From: an uncultured Planctomycetia bacterium
GTDB taxonomy: Bacteria > Omnitrophota > Gorgyraeia > 2-02-FULL-51-18
Reading direction: 5' to 3'
Length of the DNA stretch: 64,000 nucleotides
NCBI GenBank assembly: GCA_964606485.1
Contig: CAZSGP010000003.1
Location: 334,854-398,853, forward strand
Position numbers and translations under genes: made by a program. The first letter of the stretch is position 1. Each line of letters starts with the position of its first letter. Positions 57,486 through 64,000 of the stretch are shown piece after piece. The notes under the pieces were generated by a model. It made no database searches. It was not told the origin of the DNA and was given only the letters and a program-made list of their open reading frames with translations.

Positions 57486-58457
57486 TTATTCTTCATACCA
57501 AGAAGCGGATGCATCCGAGGAGTAACCCAAACCAGGCCCGAGGTAAGCGGGGGTTGTAATTTGCCATTCTCTATTGCCTTCCAAAGATTGGATAAAAATA
57601 GCCGAGCCGCCCGAAGGGACCGGCTTAGAGTAATATATTTTTTTTCCATCTTTCGAGAGGCCAATGTTCAGATAGAAGCCTTGCGCTTCTTTGATGATTT
57701 CTATTTTGCCCGTCTCGGTATCAAACTTACCAAGAATTCCGAAACGGTCGTTGAAGTGGGTGCCGTCATTTTGATAATTAGCGTGTATAACCGCATACCT
57801 GTTATCAGTAAGCCAACCAGCAATGCCAACGTTATAATTCAGTTTTCTGGTTTCTTGATTTCGAAAATTCTGAATCAAAACAAACGTGTCACCCTCAACC
57901 CCGAGCGTTGGCACAACAACATAAGCTGCTTTTTCTCTATTCCGACTGACCTTGATTTGATATACCTCGTAGCCTTTAGGAATCTCATATAATTTTCTTG
58001 ATTCTCCTGTTTGAAGATTATGGAGTATAACAGTGGCAGTTTTTTTGTCATCCGTCCAACCTTGGGCGTAAACAATATTATCTTCGTCTACCCAGTCTGA
58101 AGCATTAGGATAATACTCTGTTTTGACTTGCTGTAAAACATCTCCATTTTCATTTAGGATGTAAAGGGCATTATGCTCGTGAGCAGCGAGGATCTTCTGG
58201 CCGCTCGGAGAAAAAAGAGCTTCCGCTATCAAAAGACCCGAACCAAGTTCTTTGATTTGGCCATTCTTAAATAAATAAACCTCGGAGGACGTCTTGCTGG
58301 TGGGGTTTCTTTTAGCATCTATAAGCCATTTACCAGAAAATTGAACTGATGAAGAAGCTTCGCTTGAACGAGTTTTGGTCTGTGGTTCCTCCGAAGCATA
58401 GCAACCTGATATTGTGAGATTTAAAAAAATAAGTGCTACCGAAAAAAGTTTGCTCAT
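57486..58457 (-). CDS. TolB-like PD40 beta-propeller lipoprotein
   Basis: Lipobox LTISGC and PD40-like repeats (SPSGQKILAA, SKDGKKIYYS); 323 aa. Confidence 0.65.
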   Translation of the reverse strand: MSKLFSVALIFLNLTISGCYASEEPQTKTRSSEASSSVQFSGKWLIDAKRNPTSKTSSEVYLFKNGQIKELGSGLLIAEALFSPSGQKILAAHEHNALYILNENGDVLQQVKTEYYPNASDWVDEDNIVYAQGWTDDKKTATVILHNLQTGESRKLYEIPKGYEVYQIKVSRNREKAAYVVVPTLGVEGDTFVLIQNFRNQETRKLNYNVGIAGWLTDNRYAVIHANYQNDGTHFNDRFGILGKFDTETGKIEIIKEAQGFYLNIGLSKDGKKIYYSKPVPSGGSAIFIQSLEGNREWQITTPAYLGPGLGYSSDASASWYEE

Positions 58458-61411
58458 AACTGTCCGATGTAGTTAGTATAGGGCATCACACTGTTAACTC
58501 CACCTAGGAGAGCTGAGGAGACGTCGCCAGCACTTAGCGGTTGAGCCACGCCTTCCAATGATTTGGCGACGCTTATCTGTATAGCTTGATTAATAAGAGC
58601 ACTGTTTGATTGTAAAAGATTGTTAAACGATGGGGCATTGTTATTATTATTTTGAGTCGACAACTGAAGGTCAGTGGTTAGAATGCAAAGGCCCTTCGCT
58701 TGATCAACACGCGTTGTTCTAATTCGGACAATATCTTTATCAGAAATAACATCATGCTCATAAGACACACGAACTTTTAATTTAAAATCCGACGTCTGAA
58801 CTGATGCAAAGATTCCACCGCCGCCTGAGACACTGGCTTGTAGATTGGGTCCATTTACCCGCGTACTCCCCCTAAGGGTAGAAAGATCCATGGATGTACC
58901 ACCTTCTATTCTTCCGTTTCCACTTAAACCTGCAATAACCTGGAGATTATTAAACAACGTCGCTTTAAGGCCAACGGAGATATCGGTTCCAATCCTATAA
59001 CCATTGGAGTCTCCAATCACCGCGCGAACCATCTCCCCTTGGTTTAGATTGATGAATCCGAAGAGATCTTGATTGGCGCTTTGTCCATCCATAAACACGT
59101 GCCCGTCTTCACGGCTAAATCGAACTTCGCTCTGACCTATCTGCGTAGATTCTGTGCGAACCGATTGGACAAGAGCGAGAAGAGGTTGGCGACCAAAGAA
59201 TCGCTGCATTTGCACACCATAATCTTTGACCTTATCGAGTGTTTGTTGTGCGTTTATATAGCCCTGCTGTTGTAACTTTTGAAGAATTTGCTCGGGTGTT
59301 AAGGGCTGAGGATCAGAAAACTGATCCTGTAGGTTTGGATTTATTTCATTGGCATCAAAAAGCTGGTCAAGTATTGGAGCGGACTGCCTCATGAGATCAT
59401 TTTTAAAATTAATGAACATTCGAGCAGCGTCAGAGATGCCTGTGAAGCTTATCGCATAATTATTTTGAAGCTGGTCAAAATAAATCCTAGTCCCCCCAAA
59501 TTCCTGACCAACAACCACTCCATCATGGACAGAGAATGATCTGTTTTGAGCGTCTAGTTGACTTAGGGTTGCATCCACATACTCTCCGAAAGAATTAAAC
59601 GTATTATACCCTCCCTGAGAATTTGGTGTAACAACCAAAATGGTCTTCCCTGTTGAATCCTTTATTTCGACGTAAGTCTGCTGTCCATTTTGAATGCGTT
59701 GGAATTGCTCATGGGAATTAAATGGTGATTGGGCGCGAGCGAGAGATCCCTCTATCATTCCCCAGCTATTGGTATCTTGGACATCCACGCCAGAGCTTGA
59801 GATGGATTTGTAGAGGTCTTTGTCTGTTACGCCCAAAAGATGAGTGTCGTTATATTCAATCCCGATGGAGTTATCATCCAGGAGGCTTAAAGATTTAAGC
59901 GCTTGATTCCCCCGCTGAATCGTCTGCTCTTTTCCTTGAGCAATTCTTGTTTGAATCGCATTTTGGATACTTCCATAGGTACGGACGATGGATTCAACGG
60001 AATCAGCTTGAAAAATATTCGCCGCATAAGTATCGATAGCTTGAGCGAGGCCTCTCTGCTGGATAATCGTCGAAAAATCTGTCACTCTTTGAAGATATTG
60101 AGCTTGAGCATAAGAATCATTTCCCGTTCCCCCGAGCCTTGCGACATTGAGGGCTGAATCTCTAAACCCTTGGTAGATTCCTTGGAAAATATCATGGTTT
60201 GGTGAAAGAGCTCCTTCAATCGCTCCTGTAATGGCTCTTGAAGTTAACGCTCCAAGAAGCGGATCCATGTTTTGAGTGGCGTAGCTAATTCCAAGATTCG
60301 TCACTCCACGCAGCAACCCATCCTGCACCGACCGAATAATATTCTCTCCAAGAGTCTTTGCTTCGGTGTGAGTGGGGTTAAGGGCGCTTGAGACAGTGGT
60401 GGTGAGTAGCGCATTGATTCTAGGATCAAGTCCAATGGATGCTCCCAGTCTATCGATGCCGTAGATCGTTAAGTCTCTTGGGAGATTGGAAGCGATGGTT
60501 TGAATAGACCCATTGATGTCTCCGGTCCATGCTCCGTCAAAAAGAGGAGCTGCGGTAAGTGAAATTACCCCTGCAAGTTTAGGGTCTAATCCTGCGTGAA
60601 CAAGGAGATCTTTTGATCCTGCGACAAGCGTGTTCTTTAGTCCATCAAAGAAGAAGTTTGAGAAGTCCATACCGGTAGCGGTGAAGCTTCCGTGGATGCC
60701 GCCTGTCACAAAGCTTGAGATGAGGTTTGAGATTCGAGGGTCTACTCCGAGCGCGTCAAGGCCTTTAGAGACGGCGTAGTTGACACCAATAGTGATGACG
60801 TTATGAAAGATTGCCTCTGAGGCAGAGACTTTAAGCGTTCCTGCGGCGACACCTTGAGGAGCTCCTAGAGAGAAGAGACTAGCTAGTCCATGAAAGAGTG
60901 TCGTTCCAACGTACTGAATGCCTTGGAAGATTTGGCCTGCGAAGGCTCCGACTTGAGTGAGGAATCCTCCGATGGCTTGGGTCAATAAAGTGAGTGACTG
61001 GGCGATAATAGCGCCGATACTGGCGATAATCGTTCCAATTGCATAAATAATGGATCCTATTGTTGTGGCAATCGAGACGATGGCTCCAATGATGGCAGGA
61101 ATCAGGAAGAAACAGCCGCCTTTTAGTTGGCGAGCTTCAAAGAAAGACAGAATGTGCGATGTGGGGCTTGTGACTTGCGGAATAACCGTTGATTTTGCAA
61201 GGGTGTATCCCTTCCAAGCACTCAGAAACTCACTCTTTGAAAGCGTGTGGACACTTCCGTCGGTTTCAACGAGAGTGACTTGGGTGGAGGTTTGTTGAAA
61301 TGCAGTATTTGGAAATAAATTGATCTGTGGGGCTTCGAAGGATTGAGCGGACGAAAGAAGAATTAAATTAAGGTGGAGAAAAACTAGGAGAGCGGAGAGA
61401 AATTTTTTCAA
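58454..61411 (-). CDS. Giant paralog 2 of the G(L/V)DP-repeat family (985 aa)
   Basis: TTG start with no SD, and a signal-peptide-like N-terminus. A glycine-zipper hydrophobic segment is followed by repeats (LGVDPRISNL / AGLDPKLAGV / IGLDPRINAL / MDPLLGAL) and a unique C-terminal half. Confidence 0.7.
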   Translation of the reverse strand: MKKFLSALLVFLHLNLILLSSAQSFEAPQINLFPNTAFQQTSTQVTLVETDGSVHTLSKSEFLSAWKGYTLAKSTVIPQVTSPTSHILSFFEARQLKGGCFFLIPAIIGAIVSIATTIGSIIYAIGTIIASIGAIIAQSLTLLTQAIGGFLTQVGAFAGQIFQGIQYVGTTLFHGLASLFSLGAPQGVAAGTLKVSASEAIFHNVITIGVNYAVSKGLDALGVDPRISNLISSFVTGGIHGSFTATGMDFSNFFFDGLKNTLVAGSKDLLVHAGLDPKLAGVISLTAAPLFDGAWTGDINGSIQTIASNLPRDLTIYGIDRLGASIGLDPRINALLTTTVSSALNPTHTEAKTLGENIIRSVQDGLLRGVTNLGISYATQNMDPLLGALTSRAITGAIEGALSPNHDIFQGIYQGFRDSALNVARLGGTGNDSYAQAQYLQRVTDFSTIIQQRGLAQAIDTYAANIFQADSVESIVRTYGSIQNAIQTRIAQGKEQTIQRGNQALKSLSLLDDNSIGIEYNDTHLLGVTDKDLYKSISSSGVDVQDTNSWGMIEGSLARAQSPFNSHEQFQRIQNGQQTYVEIKDSTGKTILVVTPNSQGGYNTFNSFGEYVDATLSQLDAQNRSFSVHDGVVVGQEFGGTRIYFDQLQNNYAISFTGISDAARMFINFKNDLMRQSAPILDQLFDANEINPNLQDQFSDPQPLTPEQILQKLQQQGYINAQQTLDKVKDYGVQMQRFFGRQPLLALVQSVRTESTQIGQSEVRFSREDGHVFMDGQSANQDLFGFINLNQGEMVRAVIGDSNGYRIGTDISVGLKATLFNNLQVIAGLSGNGRIEGGTSMDLSTLRGSTRVNGPNLQASVSGGGGIFASVQTSDFKLKVRVSYEHDVISDKDIVRIRTTRVDQAKGLCILTTDLQLSTQNNNNNAPSFNNLLQSNSALINQAIQISVAKSLEGVAQPLSAGDVSSALLGGVNSVMPYTNYIGQL
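60343..60980. repeat. Partner of the 100%-identical block 56398..57036
   Basis: Seen in sequence. Confidence 0.8.
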
Positions 61412-61420
61412 AAAATAATT

Positions 61421-62533
61421 TTACGCAATCCAATCCGCAAATTCATCGGTAGCCCAGGCTCGGGGATGATTTATCGGATATCTTTTATCCCGCTGAGCCG
61501 GGGTTAGCCGAGCTTCTCCGGTACCGTCGAGATTCATGACGAATAGTTCGGCGCCCGTAAAAGGGAAATGGTGCCTATGGGAACTAAACACGATCTGTTT
61601 ACCGTCTGGAGAAAAAACGGGATAACGGTTATGCCATTTGTTTGGGCTAATTGGCCAGTCTTTGCCAGTTCTTACGTCGTATAGACAAATTTGCAGTCCA
61701 TCGGCAAATTCCCTACCACCACGATAATGCCTGGACGCAAAAACAATATAATTGCCATCAGGAGACCAGGCGGGATCATGTGCGTAATCAAGAATACGCT
61801 TCAAACCGGTTCCGTCTGCGTTTACAACGCTGATCGCTCCACCCTCATCAATAGCTATTCTTTTCCCGTCCGAAGATATTCTGAATAATATGATTCTGTT
61901 CATTCCCAGCATAGATTCTCGGTCTGTGATCCGCACCTCATTACCGGATTCAATATCATGCCGATAAATATTATCAGCCCCTCCGCCTGAGGGATTTTTA
62001 TCAACAGCTGCGTAGTAGACAGACTTTCCATCGGGAGACCAAACAACACTTTCAGCGCTCTTCTTTGTTTTGATACGGTATCTAATGGATCCTTCAAGAG
62101 CTAGGACGGGCGGGTCTTGATCTTCTTCATTAGTTTCACATAAGATACTTTTCCCATCCGGCGACCATCGAGGCTCTCTGAACTTTCCAAAACCACCGCC
62201 AAGCATCCCTTCAAGAGGTTTTAGTCCTTCGGGAGTTGTTTCGGCGAGGCTCCCGCCGTCGGCTATTTTTTTCATTTGTCCGTTTTCTAATACCCAAATC
62301 TCGGATGCTGAACCCGAACGATCACTTTGAAAAACAATTTTTCCGGGGACTTTTACTAGAGCATCTGAGTTAGATGTTTTTATGGGCTTAGGTGGCATGG
62401 GAGTATCTTTCTTTAGCTGGGAGAATATAAAAACTCCGAGAATAAGTAGAGCGGCTATGCTAAGTAGTGGGAGTATGGAGGATTTCTTCATTGATGTAGT
62501 GACGCAGTTCGTTGGGGTCAATTTTATTGTCAT
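61421..62533 (-). CDS. TolB-like PD40 beta-propeller protein with an N-terminal membrane anchor
   Basis: Repeats WSPDGKS (twice), WSPDGNY, FSPDGKQ; 370 aa. Confidence 0.65.
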   Translation of the reverse strand: MTIKLTPTNCVTTSMKKSSILPLLSIAALLILGVFIFSQLKKDTPMPPKPIKTSNSDALVKVPGKIVFQSDRSGSASEIWVLENGQMKKIADGGSLAETTPEGLKPLEGMLGGGFGKFREPRWSPDGKSILCETNEEDQDPPVLALEGSIRYRIKTKKSAESVVWSPDGKSVYYAAVDKNPSGGGADNIYRHDIESGNEVRITDRESMLGMNRIILFRISSDGKRIAIDEGGAISVVNADGTGLKRILDYAHDPAWSPDGNYIVFASRHYRGGREFADGLQICLYDVRTGKDWPISPNKWHNRYPVFSPDGKQIVFSSHRHHFPFTGAELFVMNLDGTGEARLTPAQRDKRYPINHPRAWATDEFADWIA

Positions 62534-64000
62534 GGTTATAGTCGGTTGGGCTGATGCCGAGTGTGCTCAGTAAATCCGAAACCACCCACTCACTGCAGAA
62601 TCGACTGCTACCATCAGACGATGGGATGTATCCGGGATTTATAATGCCAACTGAGTTAAAATGGATTTCTACGGTTGGGGCCATTGTTACAGTATTAATG
62701 TATCGTGACATTGTATCTCGCATAAATTCGCTTGCAACGTTAGCCGCAAGTGGCAACGCCTGCGCCACAATATCCAGAGAATCAGCCTCCCAATCTTCCA
62801 AAGAAAGCACTCTTAAATCATTACCGAAGAGAGACTGTTCAACTAGATCTGCGACATAGATTCTACCGTCATTGCCCTGAAACGCAATACCTGAATGATT
62901 CACTACAAAAGTCTCATCGCCTATTCTTGTCTGTGCTCGGACAGTATTGTATACAAAGCCTTGTGATGCGTTGTGAACAACGTATATTTGTCCGGGACTT
63001 GCCATCATTCGTTGGACCTCTGCGTTTCTGTGATCGGCGATTTCCTGGTTGGTGCGAGCGCCTAGCATTAAATGCGCGTTACTAAAACGCTGTAAGGTCT
63101 CTTCCCGCGTAAGAGCCGCGTTTTGAGGAGCGTTTGTTAGTTTGTTCATTAAATTATTTACGGCGTTAGGATCGGCGCCTTCCGTCGGGACATAACTGAC
63201 TTGCATCTGCCCCGTCTGGCCATCTTCCTGCACTCTAACACTGATACCCTCAAAGTCACCAGTTGCGACACCGAGTGACGCAAACAAATAATCATCGTTT
63301 GAATCTAAACCTAGCCGGAAGGGGTTGTTGGTGCTGGGCGCCAAAAGGGGCGCTTCATACATTTCGACGTACCCACCCTTAAGTGTCATGCGGTAGCCTT
63401 CGGGAAGTTCGAGATCCAAGTCTCTAAAAATATTAGCATCTTGATCAAACAGCAGTCCCACTGGAGTGGTCGTTGCAATGGTGGTAGCAGTCGCCTGTGG
63501 ATCTTCTTTGATCTGAGCATTATTGATAGCACCGCGGTCGACTTCTGAGACGACGCTATATCCGCTGCCGGCCTCAACGGCGGATACATTCCCTTCAAGC
63601 ATGCCGAACTTACCGTTTTGATCAAAGCCGTAGCGGGCGTTGGTTTCCTCGATAGTGATAGTTGTTTGCGTGCCACCATCCAAGAGAATCGTTTTGTCAT
63701 ATCTTCTACCCCACATATCCATTGTTGCCGGATCCAAATAGATATACTCTTGTTTTCCACCAGAGCTAAAGTTTACTTCCGTAACTTGAGTGCCGTTTAC
63801 TGTTCTAGTCGTTGCTTGGCCTGTTAGGAATTGGGCAATGCCACCATTAGCCCAAATATTTTGAACGGCAGATCCCGTGAATATTTGAGTGGCATTGGCC
63901 TCAAGCACGTGGCCTAAGCGCTGCAATAACGTTCCCTGGGACTGAGAGCTTATTGCGGAGCTAAAGTCCATGACTCTCGATAAATACTGGGCTTGCTGGT
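62460..64000 (-). CDS. Giant paralog 3, C-terminal >510 aa; the gene continues beyond the window end
   Basis: The frame stays open past the listed Met at 63971 (...AQYLSRVMDFSS, matching AQYLQRVTDFST of paralogs 1 and 2). The C-terminus is unique and ends in a dockerin/EF-hand-like DYNHDNKIDPNELRHYI. Confidence 0.6.
   Translation of the reverse strand, partial: QQAQYLSRVMDFSSAISSQSQGTLLQRLGHVLEANATQIFTGSAVQNIWANGGIAQFLTGQATTRTVNGTQVTEVNFSSGGKQEYIYLDPATMDMWGRRYDKTILLDGGTQTTITIEETNARYGFDQNGKFGMLEGNVSAVEAGSGYSVVSEVDRGAINNAQIKEDPQATATTIATTTPVGLLFDQDANIFRDLDLELPEGYRMTLKGGYVEMYEAPLLAPSTNNPFRLGLDSNDDYLFASLGVATGDFEGISVRVQEDGQTGQMQVSYVPTEGADPNAVNNLMNKLTNAPQNAALTREETLQRFSNAHLMLGARTNQEIADHRNAEVQRMMASPGQIYVVHNASQGFVYNTVRAQTRIGDETFVVNHSGIAFQGNDGRIYVADLVEQSLFGNDLRVLSLEDWEADSLDIVAQALPLAANVASEFMRDTMSRYINTVTMAPTVEIHFNSVGIINPGYIPSSDGSSRFCSEWVVSDLLSTLGISPTDYNHDNKIDPNELRHYINEEILHTPTT

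Overview
This is a 64-kb chromosomal segment of a diderm (Gram-negative-type) bacterium with mid GC content. Evidence for the diderm call: TolC-like and beta-barrel outer-membrane proteins and many lipoproteins. The segment is densely coding and almost entirely on the minus strand.

The first ~43 kb is a conserved backbone:
- An NO-responsive denitrification module, read 5'->3' on the minus strand: nsrR (Rrf2), nirK (Cu nitrite reductase), a secreted beta-sandwich protein, a small Cys-rich ORF, then a quinol NO reductase (qNOR) truncated at the window start.
- queD and queE (queuosine), murI, an SF2 helicase, a Grx4-BolA pair, arfB, orn, tmRNA with smpB, and a CHASE2-GGDEF protein.
- tRNA-Leu(CAG), citrate synthase, a fumarase/aspartase-family lyase, and a GH57 branching enzyme paired with DUF4912.
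- A GT39 transferase and pyruvoyl arginine decarboxylase.
- A long co-directional supra-operon: lplA-like, gcvPB, gcvPA, gcvH, gcvT, bioD, bioA, bioF, bioB, preceded by two tandem ROK regulators.
- A PAP2 phosphatase, GSIII glutamine synthetase (glnN), xth, thrH, and an RND permease plus TolC pair with no adaptor.

The last ~20 kb looks accessory:
- a DedA protein, an outer-membrane (OM) barrel, a FecR-like protein and an XRE-cupin regulator;
- a putative porin-cytochrome (MtrAB/PioAB-like) module: secreted protein, 8-9-heme cytochrome c, 702-aa beta-barrel;
- a BrnT/BrnA toxin-antitoxin pair with a palindromic operator;
- a low-GC islet of small secreted/membrane proteins;
- most notably, a tandem array of at least three giant paralogous ORFs (the third runs off the window end). 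They share a hydrophobic glycine-zipper segment and a novel ~40-aa 'G(L/V)DP(R/K)' repeat domain. A ~640-bp block is 100% identical between copies 1 and 2, flanked by ~90% identity. The C-terminal halves are completely divergent. Copies 2 and 3 are each followed by a TolB-like PD40 beta-propeller gene (the PD40 after copy 2 doubles as the gene upstream of copy 1), and copy 1 by a small ORF. This architecture is typical of polymorphic toxin/immunity or diversifying surface-protein systems, but the domain family is unrecognised.

No CRISPR array, transposase or integrase was found.
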